Positions 29,262 to 38,802 of a DNA stretch of 64,000 nt are shown in pieces (position 1 is the first letter of the stretch; each line of letters starts with the position of its first letter). The stretch comes from Bdellovibrionales bacterium (GTDB lineage Bacteria; Bdellovibrionota; Bdellovibrionia; Bdellovibrionales; UBA1609): positions 1,446,204-1,510,203 of the forward strand of contig OZ241329.1 in assembly GCA_965199825.1 (NCBI GenBank). The letters run 5' to 3'. The notes below the pieces were generated by a model, which worked only from the letters and a program-made list of their open reading frames with translations, made no database searches and was not told the DNA's origin. A program made the position numbers and the translations under genes.

Positions 29262-30422
29262 TCACTGCGCGTTGATTTCTCTTTGGTGATTATTGAATAA
29301 TGTTTGCGCCGAAATTCCGGCCGCATTTTTTGAGTGAATATCGCCGTACTTAGCCAAAGCTTTATAAAAATATGGGTCGTCTTTAACGGCGGCTAGATGA
29401 AGCGCTGAGTCTTGTTTCAAATTTCTGTGGTTGATGCGACGTGATTTGGTGAACAAAGGTCTGAGCAAAGTTTGTTGCTCCACTAAAAAATCAAGCAGGT
29501 CATGATCTTCACTCGTGCTCTTTAAAAAAGTATGTAATCCCAAATCACCCAATTTGTTGACGCTATCAAAATCAATCCATCGGCAACCTGCAAGTGAGCG
29601 GGCAGAGTCAGCTTGCCCACCGCGAAGGGCGATCTGAAATGGCGTATCGCCATTTTTGTCCTTGCGATTAAAAAAGGTATCAAAGGGGACGCCAAAATCA
29701 CCAATATAAGTGTTTAATCCACGACGTCCGTAAGCCACAATTTCGCTTGGATAATGAAAAAACCAGCGACTCTCTTGGGTTTGAAATGAATTGGGAATAC
29801 ATTTTTTTTCGACCAGCCAATCAATCACATCGGAGCGCCCATCATGGGCTGCAGTATGAAGAAAAATCTTTTGGCTCTCATCCACCTTTAACAAAAACTT
29901 CCAAAATCTGAGGTTGGGGTAGCCGCGATAGTACTCGGTTTCCAACGCGTCCACGACCGCTCGGTTTTTAGCCACAAAAAGTGCGCGCTGCTTTAATTTA
30001 TTTCGCGGATCAAGTTTTGAAAAATCATAAATTTCGAGTGCACCCAATGAATTGTAATAGCGTTGTGCAAGTGCGCGAATCACCTCGACTTGGCCCATTT
30101 GAGACGCCAAGAAAATATAACTCTCACCCTCGTTATTTTGATGAAAAAACTGATCACGATCCATTATCTCAATCAATTGCAGCGCCAACGAAGTTTGGCC
30201 TTCGTTCAACGCAACTGCAAGTGGCGTGTCTTGATGCTCGTTCAAGGCATAAAGCTGTGAGGGTTCTTGCTTAAGTATTTGGGCTGCAAGATTTTGGTCT
30301 CCTTTGAGGGCCGCAAGGTGAAGTTCGGTGGGTGCACAGAGGTGGACTTGGGCGCGATCCATGTTGGGGTAGCAAAGGGTCGCAAAGGAACTGGTGCAAA
30401 AAAAAGCTAAAATTGTTTTCAT
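29262..30422 (-). CDS. Secreted ankyrin-repeat protein
   Basis: LHLAALKG, DTPLAVA, LHTAAHDG, GDTPFQIA, SALHLAA and a signal-like N-terminus. Confidence 0.85.
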   Translation of the reverse strand: MKTILAFFCTSSFATLCYPNMDRAQVHLCAPTELHLAALKGDQNLAAQILKQEPSQLYALNEHQDTPLAVALNEGQTSLALQLIEIMDRDQFFHQNNEGESYIFLASQMGQVEVIRALAQRYYNSLGALEIYDFSKLDPRNKLKQRALFVAKNRAVVDALETEYYRGYPNLRFWKFLLKVDESQKIFLHTAAHDGRSDVIDWLVEKKCIPNSFQTQESRWFFHYPSEIVAYGRRGLNTYIGDFGVPFDTFFNRKDKNGDTPFQIALRGGQADSARSLAGCRWIDFDSVNKLGDLGLHTFLKSTSEDHDLLDFLVEQQTLLRPLFTKSRRINHRNLKQDSALHLAAVKDDPYFYKALAKYGDIHSKNAAGISAQTLFNNHQREINAQ

Positions 30423-30542
30423 TTAGGAGCAAAATAGAAAGCAAATCGAAACTTGTCCAATCAAAGCTGTGACGTTGTCATTTGGCTTACAAAACAACAA
30501 TTATGTGTCCATTTCTACATTGCTTCCGTACCTTCACAATTT

Positions 30543-32195
30543 ATGAAAATCCTCTTATCTCTCCTTATTTTGTTTAGTGGTACAACTTACGCTCATGTTC
30601 ATTGCGCGCATTGCTCCCACTCAGAAGAGCAAAATATTTCTGACTTTTACAATCACATCATCGATCTAAGTTTGGCTGCGACCACAAATGCTGATGCCAA
30701 AATTGTTTATGATTTGAAAGGCGAGCAGATCAATGGGGATACTTACCTGCATCAGGCCATTCGCGCTTCAATGAGAATGATCGCCGATGAGCGAAAGAAT
30801 GAATGTGAGGATTGCACGGTACCGAGCGACAAAGATTTGTCCGATTATTTAAATTCTCCGAACAACACCATCTTTGGTTTTGATGATGAACCCGCAAAGA
30901 TCAAAGCCCAGAGTTTTTTATCACGCCAAGTTGTAGATCCTTTCGTGGATCAAATCGGTGACATCGTATCCGAGGTTGCACCGGTTGCAGGAGAACTTGG
31001 ACAGGCAATGGCCTACTCGACTGTCGCTTTTGAAACAGCCGAAACATTGATTGGGCTACATTTATTTTGTAAGCCTTTTCAACTTTCCCAATATCGATTT
31101 ATCAGAGACATTCAATCCTTTGCTCGCGCCTTTTTGTGGGCACCCCAATTCGATACGAACAGCGCTACTGCACTGATCAAGATGGGGCTCTACTCAAACA
31201 TGATTAAAAAGGCTTCAACTCAAACTCGTTTCGTCAGTTATACCGAATTGGAGTTAGATCCCGTGGCAGCCAAAGAGGTGGACGAAGAAGGTCCGCGGTC
31301 GATGTTTAGTTTTGCCGAAGGCAAACGGTTTAAATGGCTCAAAAAAATAATTGAAAAAAAAGAAGCCAAACTCAACGGCAAACATTTTGTTGGCAAATAT
31401 CCTTTGCGTTATCTTTTTTTACGCAATGTCAAAGGGCGTACATCTCTTCATGGCAAAAGCGAAAATGATGAAGGGATGGATCGATATGGTATCTGGGAAA
31501 TTGGAGTTCAGGAAAATATTATTGCTCGCGCTTTAAAAAATTCTAAAACACCAGAACCTGCTGTTACCCCGCCACTTCCATATGATGAGGTTCGCTATCA
31601 TCTGGCTCAAGAAGCCGCAAAGGGTGATCCAGAAGAAGCCGAAATATTTGATAAGCTTTTAAGCGACATTTCAAACTCCTTTGATTCTCAATCTTCAATC
31701 AGTAAACGAAAATTATTGGCTGAGCTTTTTGCTACTAAACTGCAAGGGTTTTACTTTATAAAATTTCAAAAAATGGTTGAGGAGAAATCAAAACTGTTTG
31801 GTCGGCGTCAATCGGTCTCATGGCTCAAGTGGAAAAAGATGGGTCGCGAAAGTTGGCTCTTGTTTGCAAGTGCTCGCCTCGGAACATACATCAATCAGTG
31901 GAAGGATTATTATTATAATTCGGTCCGCAACAATGCCGATAATCAGTATGAAGTGATGCAGGGTTTTGTTTACATCTGGGATTATCTTAAAAAAGCCGAG
32001 GCCTTGGCTAGTGCCCAAGACGAAGCGGGATTGAGAGCTGCCGAGGACATCATGGTGGCGGGTTTAACAGATCTCAATACATTTACACCGTGGCGACCAA
32101 AAAAATCGCGTCGATCGTTTAAAAAATTATTTTTTGTTCCGGTGGGACTTAAAAAACTCACCTGCGAAGAGTTGAACGAGGAGGTTTTTCAATGA
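30543..32195 (+). CDS. Hypothetical secreted protein
   Basis: Signal peptide from ATG 30543, then HVHCAHCSH and CEDC motifs. Confidence 0.7.
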   Translation: MKILLSLLILFSGTTYAHVHCAHCSHSEEQNISDFYNHIIDLSLAATTNADAKIVYDLKGEQINGDTYLHQAIRASMRMIADERKNECEDCTVPSDKDLSDYLNSPNNTIFGFDDEPAKIKAQSFLSRQVVDPFVDQIGDIVSEVAPVAGELGQAMAYSTVAFETAETLIGLHLFCKPFQLSQYRFIRDIQSFARAFLWAPQFDTNSATALIKMGLYSNMIKKASTQTRFVSYTELELDPVAAKEVDEEGPRSMFSFAEGKRFKWLKKIIEKKEAKLNGKHFVGKYPLRYLFLRNVKGRTSLHGKSENDEGMDRYGIWEIGVQENIIARALKNSKTPEPAVTPPLPYDEVRYHLAQEAAKGDPEEAEIFDKLLSDISNSFDSQSSISKRKLLAELFATKLQGFYFIKFQKMVEEKSKLFGRRQSVSWLKWKKMGRESWLLFASARLGTYINQWKDYYYNSVRNNADNQYEVMQGFVYIWDYLKKAEALASAQDEAGLRAAEDIMVAGLTDLNTFTPWRPKKSRRSFKKLFFVPVGLKKLTCEELNEEVFQ

Positions 32196-32545
32196 TTCAT
32201 TTATTGAGCCTTCTCCTAGTCTCGGTTTTTGCCGATACCTGCTTTGACGCTTTATCAGTTTCGGTTGAATACAAAAATGCACAATCTGGATTGATGGCTT
32301 TTGAGTCTGTGAAATCATCGCTCAGCAAAAAAGAATTGGTTGTTCTCGAAGCTGCAAAGGCCAATCTAACAAAGCACGAAACCGTCTTTCGAAAAGATCG
32401 GCGAGGAAAAGAACTCGCTCGACATCTTAAAATTCAAAAATTGATTGCTAAGTTTAATCTGCGTGAAATTCGCTGGTCGATATATCAGATTAAGCGGGCG
32501 ATTGAAGAACGTTTTTATATCAAAGAATATGTAGAGTGTGAATGA
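32192..32545 (+). CDS. Small hypothetical secreted protein
   Basis: Signal peptide. ATGA overlaps with both neighbours. Confidence 0.6.
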   Translation: MIHLLSLLLVSVFADTCFDALSVSVEYKNAQSGLMAFESVKSSLSKKELVVLEAAKANLTKHETVFRKDRRGKELARHLKIQKLIAKFNLREIRWSIYQIKRAIEERFYIKEYVECE

Positions 32546-33069
32546 TCACTTTAATGGCAATGTCGCTTCGCAAAGACTCACTCAACAAAAAACTGATCCG
32601 AGCGACCAAGCCCTTAATAAGCGAAGCTTGTCAGATCCTTGAGTTCAATGACTTTAGCCCGCCGGTTTATGATGGAGACCTTGAGGCCAAGAGCGGTGTG
32701 CCCGAAGTGGTTCAAAGTTTTGCCAAAATCATTCAACAATCAAAAGCTCTGATTTTGTCGACACCCGAATACAATGGCGGAATTATGGGGGTGTTCAAAA
32801 ATTGGATCGATTGGCTTTCGCGTGTTCAGCCATCACCATTTTCTTATAAACCTATTTTGTTGATGGGCGCATCGCCTGGGGCGTTGGGTGCGGTTCGTGG
32901 ACTGTGGCACTCACGTGTGCCTTTAGAAGCTTTAAAATGTTTTGTTTATCCTGAGATGTTTGGTTTGAGTTTTGCCGATAAGGCTTTTGCCGAGCAGGGT
33001 GAGCTGCAGGATCCAAAAACATCAGATCGCCTTAAAAAATTGATTACCGAATTTTTGGCTCATGCTTAA
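32542..33069 (+). CDS. NADPH-dependent FMN reductase
   Basis: SLRKDSLN, TPEYNG, KNWIDWLSR, ASPGALGA. Confidence 0.92.
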   Translation: MITLMAMSLRKDSLNKKLIRATKPLISEACQILEFNDFSPPVYDGDLEAKSGVPEVVQSFAKIIQQSKALILSTPEYNGGIMGVFKNWIDWLSRVQPSPFSYKPILLMGASPGALGAVRGLWHSRVPLEALKCFVYPEMFGLSFADKAFAEQGELQDPKTSDRLKKLITEFLAHA

Positions 33070-33874
33070 GCTCATCCCAATTATTGGTGCGATGATTTCG
33101 GTGCAAATGGGTGCAGCCCTTGGAAAGCAATTGTTTCCAACAATCGGCCCGGTGTGGACCACGTTTTTACGAACATCTTTAGCAGCGCTTGTTCTTTTTG
33201 TTTTGTTTCGCCCTTGGCGTATTCGGATCAATCGCTACATCTTTTTTTATGGGCTATCTTTAGGCCTGATGAATCTGCTTTTTTACTTAAGTATCCAGCG
33301 CATCTCTTTAGGGATTGCGGTGGCGTGCGAATTTTCTGGGCCGTTGATTTTGGCGGTCACACTCTCGCGGCGCGGAACCGACTTTTTGTGGGTGGCGCTC
33401 GCTTTTATCGGGATCGCATTGCTTTCGCCCTTATCGCCAGATCCGGTGGATCTTGACGGCGTGATGTATGCGCTTTTGGCCGGAGCTTGTTGGGCGGGAT
33501 ATATTATTTTTGGTCGATGGACGAAGGAGCAGTCGGGGCCGGTAGTTGCAATGGGCATGGGTGTAGCCGCACTGACCACATTGCCATTTGCACTCTTTTC
33601 GGGGCCGCTAAAAATGCAAACCAGTTTGTGGCCGATGGCCTTTGCGGTCGCAGTTTTATCAAGTGCAATTCCATATTCGCTTGAGATGATTATGCTGCAA
33701 AAAATTTCGGCCAAAAATTTTGGAATTCTGATGAGTCTTGAGCCGGCGCTTGCGGTGGTATCGGGTTTTGTTTTTTTGCACGAAGCTTTAAATCCGATGC
33801 AGATTTTGGCAATCGGGAGTGTGGTGATTGCCTCTTACGGCAGTACAATTTCTTCGCGCGCTCAATCTGGATAA
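33062..33874 (+). CDS. rhtA: EamA/DMT exporter (RhtA-like)
   Basis: SVQMGAALGK, LGIAVA.EF.GP, LSSAIPYSLE, LMSLEPA. Confidence 0.82.
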   Translation: MLKLIPIIGAMISVQMGAALGKQLFPTIGPVWTTFLRTSLAALVLFVLFRPWRIRINRYIFFYGLSLGLMNLLFYLSIQRISLGIAVACEFSGPLILAVTLSRRGTDFLWVALAFIGIALLSPLSPDPVDLDGVMYALLAGACWAGYIIFGRWTKEQSGPVVAMGMGVAALTTLPFALFSGPLKMQTSLWPMAFAVAVLSSAIPYSLEMIMLQKISAKNFGILMSLEPALAVVSGFVFLHEALNPMQILAIGSVVIASYGSTISSRAQSG

Positions 33875-34275
33875 TTAATTTCTAAGGGCGTTTGAATACT
33901 TGGATCAAGGCTGAGCTTGACCGGGCACGACTCAGCCATCTTTTGAATTTTTTCGCGAAACTCAATTTTGATTCCTAAAGGCATTGTGATGACCATTTTT
34001 AGGGCCGCGATTTTTCGCGGAGGGGGAGTCATTTCTTTTGTGATTTTGAATTGAGCTTGATCGATCTTGACCGGTAACTTTTGTTTTTCGCAAAGAATTG
34101 CAATCGTGGTCATCACACAACTGCTTAAAGCAGCGGCAACCAAATCGGTGGGCGAAAACAATTGGCCACGCCCCATATTATCGGTCGGAGCATCGGTTTC
34201 GATTTTACTCGACGATGGCCCGTGGGTGAGCTCACACCGTTTTTGGCCCTGATAGACACCGCGGATTTCGACCAT
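33862..34275 (-). CDS. OsmC family protein
   Basis: TDAP.DN.G, FSPTDL..AL..C, CPV..SL. Confidence 0.9.
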   Translation of the reverse strand: MVEIRGVYQGQKRCELTHGPSSSKIETDAPTDNMGRGQLFSPTDLVAAALSSCVMTTIAILCEKQKLPVKIDQAQFKITKEMTPPPRKIAALKMVITMPLGIKIEFREKIQKMAESCPVKLSLDPSIQTPLEINYPD

Positions 34276-34355
34276 AAAAATTTCCAATCATTTGTTTTTG
34301 GCGCCGCGCTTAATCGGTTGCGCTGGTCTCAAAAAGAAACCTAGATTAACTTTAA

Positions 34356-35348
34356 GTGAGAATATTACAAATTTTGCTATTTGTAACGCTGGCTGGCCCA
34401 AATGCTTTTTCGAGGACGCTCTGTGAGGCGATGTTATCGCCTCACGAGCAGATTTTAGAGAATTTGCGGTTGATTCAGATGAGTCATCGGCAGGATGGTC
34501 GAGGGGACCATCCTGCGTTATCAGAGCCCGACTTTCTTGCCTTGAAGATGAAACCGTTTGCCAAGTATGAGCAGACCAATCGTCCAATGTCGGCTTTGAT
34601 GCGAATCCTCACAAATCCCTATGACACCGCTGAAGAATTAAAAAATAATCTCGAACAGTGGCTCAAAGTCTTCTCTCCTGAATATCAGTTTATCTTTCCT
34701 AACGAAGTTCGCGCTCATACTAATGTCGATGGTTTTATTGACGAGTCCTTTTATTTTAATAGCTTAAAGCACAAAAAAATTCCGCTGGGTGAGTTTCATG
34801 ATCTTTATAATCACAGTATCTCCCTCACCGACTCTCGGTTTGTGCAGACACTTGATCGACTGTTAGAACTGGCGGGGCAAACAATGGAGCCGGATCGGCA
34901 GGCGGTGGTGAATCGGGTGTGGATGGATTTGGCCGAGCGATTTCCATTGATGACCGAAATTGATGGTCGACAAGCGCTGATCCCTTTTGGTGGCTATGCG
35001 ACGATCTCACATTATCTGCCCCAAACTCCATCGCTTCACAGTATTATTGCGGTCGGAATGCGAAGCCGAGTTTCCAAACCATTTTTAAATCAGGTCACGA
35101 GTTATTATCAGCTTTCGCCCTCGGCAGTGTTTGAGCAGTTTTTTGGCAACAATGCGCCAGCGCTTTTGGAAACCCGGATCAACCTTGAAATCACCAAGAT
35201 TGATAGTAGCTGTCACACTCCAGAGTGTTTACCGTTTGCTCTTGCGGATGCGGTCAATGATCCAAAAAATCCTTTATCAATATTTCAGCGCGAGAATTTT
35301 TTGAATTTTGTCGACACCGCAATCGAAAGCTTACGGCTCAATTTTTAA
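34356..35348 (+). CDS. Hypothetical secreted protein
   Basis: Signal peptide followed by CEAML; 330-aa ORF. Confidence 0.65.
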   Translation: MRILQILLFVTLAGPNAFSRTLCEAMLSPHEQILENLRLIQMSHRQDGRGDHPALSEPDFLALKMKPFAKYEQTNRPMSALMRILTNPYDTAEELKNNLEQWLKVFSPEYQFIFPNEVRAHTNVDGFIDESFYFNSLKHKKIPLGEFHDLYNHSISLTDSRFVQTLDRLLELAGQTMEPDRQAVVNRVWMDLAERFPLMTEIDGRQALIPFGGYATISHYLPQTPSLHSIIAVGMRSRVSKPFLNQVTSYYQLSPSAVFEQFFGNNAPALLETRINLEITKIDSSCHTPECLPFALADAVNDPKNPLSIFQRENFLNFVDTAIESLRLNF

Positions 35349-36825
35349 AAACCGACTTCAAAACTTTACCTTCAGAGAGTGCGGGCGGTAAAATTCCCAA
35401 CAAAGACGCAAGGGTTGGAGCGATATCGATCACTTCGACGCGCTCGGGATAAAGACCACTTTTGATTCCAAAGCCCGAAAATATAATAGGGACTGTGCGA
35501 TCGTAAGTGTAGCCGCTCATATGACTGGTGTGATTGGCGTTGGCCACAATATAATAAGGTTTGTGGATACCAACCACGTGCCCGCTGCGCCCATGCAGGT
35601 ACGTCTTTAAAATTTGGCGCTCGAATTGAACGGGCGGCAATTGTCTTAAAAGAACATCTTGCTCTGTAAAGGCGTAAAGGATTGCACTATTTTTAAGTGC
35701 GATCTGTTTGATATCGCGAGCCACGGTGTTTAAATCAATTTTGTTGTCCTCGGCTACCTTTTCATCAATAAAAAAATTAAGATCGAGACTAAAAGGCACC
35801 CATGTTGTTTTGGTTTTATATTTTTTGTTTAAAAATGAATTCATCTCGTCGACCAAAGCTTTTTCATCAATGCGGCCTGAATCGATTCCGGTATCTTTTA
35901 AATATTCTGGCGAGGGTGAAACGCCATGATCTCCGGTTAAAACAAACAAAACATTTTTTAACCCACCCGGATATTGAGTTTCGACAATTTTTCGGATGCG
36001 GCTGACCGCAAGATCTTCTGCCAGTGTGACATCATGGATCTCAGGAGAGTTTGGACCAAATCGATGGCCAGCATAATCATGCGTCGAAAAACTGAGCGAA
36101 ATAAAATCGGTCGAGTTTTTAAGTGGTTTATTTTTAAATTCTTTGATGACCGACTCAAACGCATCCACGGTCAACTCAACGCCGCAGGAGGTGTTGTAGT
36201 CGCAATTTGATTTTTCAACTTTGCGGTTGAGAGACTCAATCCAATCGGGAAGTTTTTTATCTTTTAAATAATAGTCGCTCGAAACAAAACGCCGATTTTT
36301 ATGGTCCAACCAAAAACTAAAATCGGGACGGTGGCCTCCCATCAAAATCGCGGCTCGATCTTTTAGAGCAAATGAGATCACACGGCTTGGCGCCCCAGAA
36401 TTTTTAAGTTCGTCGGTAAGGGTTGTTCCGTGCAGAGTTTGTGGCGACGTTCCCGAATGTTCAGGAGTTTCAGATCCGACCCAGTGAAAATCTGGATCTT
36501 CCACACAGTAGCGCTTTTTTTTAAGAGTTTGATCGTACCAATCATTAATCGGAATTCCCATTTGATAGGGATAAGCACCGGTCAACACAGTTGCGTGTCC
36601 AGGGCAAGTCATCGCTTGGAGCACGTCATATTCGCCGTAGGGAAAGTAAGCACCGCGGTCGATCAATGCGCGAAAACCATCTTTTCGAAATTCACTTCTG
36701 TAACGGGAGAGATAGTCGGTGCGAAACTGATCGATCACCATAAATACAATCAGTTTGGGTTTTTGGGGTGCCCACGGGGCTGCAAGCGAATGTAAGCACA
36801 ATGAAAGGACTAGGTTTAAAAGCAT
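35338..36825 (-). CDS. Alkaline phosphatase (PafA/PhoK type)
   Basis: IDQFR, T.PGHAT nucleophile, KDRAAI, DYAGH, LTGDHG. Confidence 0.9.
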   Translation of the reverse strand: MLLNLVLSLCLHSLAAPWAPQKPKLIVFMVIDQFRTDYLSRYRSEFRKDGFRALIDRGAYFPYGEYDVLQAMTCPGHATVLTGAYPYQMGIPINDWYDQTLKKKRYCVEDPDFHWVGSETPEHSGTSPQTLHGTTLTDELKNSGAPSRVISFALKDRAAILMGGHRPDFSFWLDHKNRRFVSSDYYLKDKKLPDWIESLNRKVEKSNCDYNTSCGVELTVDAFESVIKEFKNKPLKNSTDFISLSFSTHDYAGHRFGPNSPEIHDVTLAEDLAVSRIRKIVETQYPGGLKNVLFVLTGDHGVSPSPEYLKDTGIDSGRIDEKALVDEMNSFLNKKYKTKTTWVPFSLDLNFFIDEKVAEDNKIDLNTVARDIKQIALKNSAILYAFTEQDVLLRQLPPVQFERQILKTYLHGRSGHVVGIHKPYYIVANANHTSHMSGYTYDRTVPIIFSGFGIKSGLYPERVEVIDIAPTLASLLGILPPALSEGKVLKSVFKN

Positions 36826-36880
36826 CGGGCGACTATCATATAAGCCTCTTGAATTTGCAATTACACTGAACTAATTTTCG

Positions 36881-38800
36881 ATGATGACGAACTTTGCAGA
36901 TTATGGATTTGTCCGCATTCGACTAATAAGTCCTCAGGTGTTTGTTGCCCAGCCCGAGGCCAACGCACTCAATTACATTGCAGAGGCCAAAAAGGCGGCT
37001 CTCGATGAGGTCTCCATTTTGGTTGGCCCAGAGCTTGGCCTTACCGGCTACACTGCGGAAGACTTTTTTTTTAAGGAAGATATTTTACAAGGAACAAAGC
37101 GAGCACTAAATAAAATTTGTGAAGCCTCCAAAAAAGATTTTGCAACAACCACTTTAATTGTAGGCGCGCCGCTGCGAACCGCGGATGGGCGACTTTACAA
37201 CTGTGCGGTTGTGATTGCCGATGGCAAAATCATAGGAGCAGTGCCTAAATCACATCTCGCAAACAATGATAATTTTTATGAGGAACGATGGTTTACACCG
37301 GGTAAAGGTGTGGAGCAGGTGGTGGATGACTTTGTTTTGTCGCCCCATCAAATCTTTCAAATGAGTGAGCTGCAATTTGCCATCGAAATCTGTGAGGATG
37401 CTTGGGTGTGTGCGCCGCCCAGTCATATTCACGCGAGTGTGGGGGCTCATGCAATTTTTAATTTATCTTCGAGCAATGCCCAAATTGGCAAGCCGTCCTT
37501 TCGGCGCGATCTGGTTCGAATTTTATCGGCCCAAGAACGTGCGGCTTATTTTTATGTCTCCTCGAATGCGTCAGAATCATCACGCGATCTCATTTTTGAT
37601 GCCCATTTTTTGGCATCGAGCAATGGCACCTCGATGCTCGATCATCAGACTTTTAGTTTTGAAAACATCCACTTTGATGTCGAAATGGATCTCAATCAAA
37701 TTTTGCTTGAGCGAGGAAGCGACAAAACTTTTGGTCGCCAAAGATTTAAAAAATCGCATTATCGCTTTCATCGTATCTCGCAAAAACTTTTACCACTCAG
37801 TGAGTTGCATTCGCCTATTAATCCCCATCCTTTTTTACCCGCGGCCAAAGATCTAAAAGAACGAACCCAAGAAATTTTAAAAATGCAGGCGTTTGGCTTA
37901 GCCCGCCGACTTCAAGCCGCAAAGGTTGAATGTGCGGTGATTGGGGTTTCGGGTGGAGCCGACTCAACGCTTGCGCTGATTGTGGCGATTGAAGCCATAA
38001 AAATTTTAAAATGGGATCCTAAACAAATAGTAGCAGTCACGATGCCGGGGTTTGGCACCTCGAAACAAACGCGCAATCAAGCCATGGAATTGATGAAGCA
38101 TCTGGGGGTCACGGTGAGAGTGATCCCGATTGAACAGGCCGTACTTCAACATTTTAAAGATATTGATCACGATCCTAACAAAACAGATATTGTTTACGAA
38201 AATGCTCAAGCCCGTGAACGGACACAAATTCTGTTTGATATTAGTAATCAAATAAATGGACTTGTTGTGGGCACTGGAGATCTGTCTGAGCTGTGTGTGG
38301 GTTGGTGCACCTTTAATGGCGATCAGATGGCCGGCTATTCGGTTAATGCCAACGTACCAAAAACTTTAGTTAAAGAATTATTTATGACCTATGCCGAATA
38401 TGAGCCGCGGCTGTCGGAAGTGTTAAAACAAATCTATAACACCACAGTTTCGCCGGAGCTCAAGCCTCTAGATCATAAAGGCCAAATTGCGCAATTGACC
38501 GAAGAACAGATTGGCCCTTTTGTTTTGATCGATTTTTTTATTTATCATTTGTTGCGCAATCATTTTGCTGCAGAAAAAATTATTTTGTTAGCGACTCTTG
38601 CATTTAAAACATCGCTCAAGGAAAAAGAGATTCGCAAATGGTGGGATGTTTTTGCCAAGCGGTTTCGAACTCAACGAGTGAAGACCACCACCCTTCCTCC
38701 TGGTGTGCGTATTGGGGCGGTCGACATTTCACCTCGAAGCACTCGTTTTCCAGATGATATTATTTTGGCTTCCGAGAATTTTTCGCTCTTGTTTCGCTAA
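36881..38800 (+). CDS. nadE: Glutamine-dependent NAD+ synthetase
   Basis: Nitrilase triad (PEL, PK, EICED), SGGADST, ENAQARERT, GTGDLSE. Confidence 0.95.
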   Translation: MMTNFADYGFVRIRLISPQVFVAQPEANALNYIAEAKKAALDEVSILVGPELGLTGYTAEDFFFKEDILQGTKRALNKICEASKKDFATTTLIVGAPLRTADGRLYNCAVVIADGKIIGAVPKSHLANNDNFYEERWFTPGKGVEQVVDDFVLSPHQIFQMSELQFAIEICEDAWVCAPPSHIHASVGAHAIFNLSSSNAQIGKPSFRRDLVRILSAQERAAYFYVSSNASESSRDLIFDAHFLASSNGTSMLDHQTFSFENIHFDVEMDLNQILLERGSDKTFGRQRFKKSHYRFHRISQKLLPLSELHSPINPHPFLPAAKDLKERTQEILKMQAFGLARRLQAAKVECAVIGVSGGADSTLALIVAIEAIKILKWDPKQIVAVTMPGFGTSKQTRNQAMELMKHLGVTVRVIPIEQAVLQHFKDIDHDPNKTDIVYENAQARERTQILFDISNQINGLVVGTGDLSELCVGWCTFNGDQMAGYSVNANVPKTLVKELFMTYAEYEPRLSEVLKQIYNTTVSPELKPLDHKGQIAQLTEEQIGPFVLIDFFIYHLLRNHFAAEKIILLATLAFKTSLKEKEIRKWWDVFAKRFRTQRVKTTTLPPGVRIGAVDISPRSTRFPDDIILASENFSLLFR

Positions 38801-38802
38801 CG

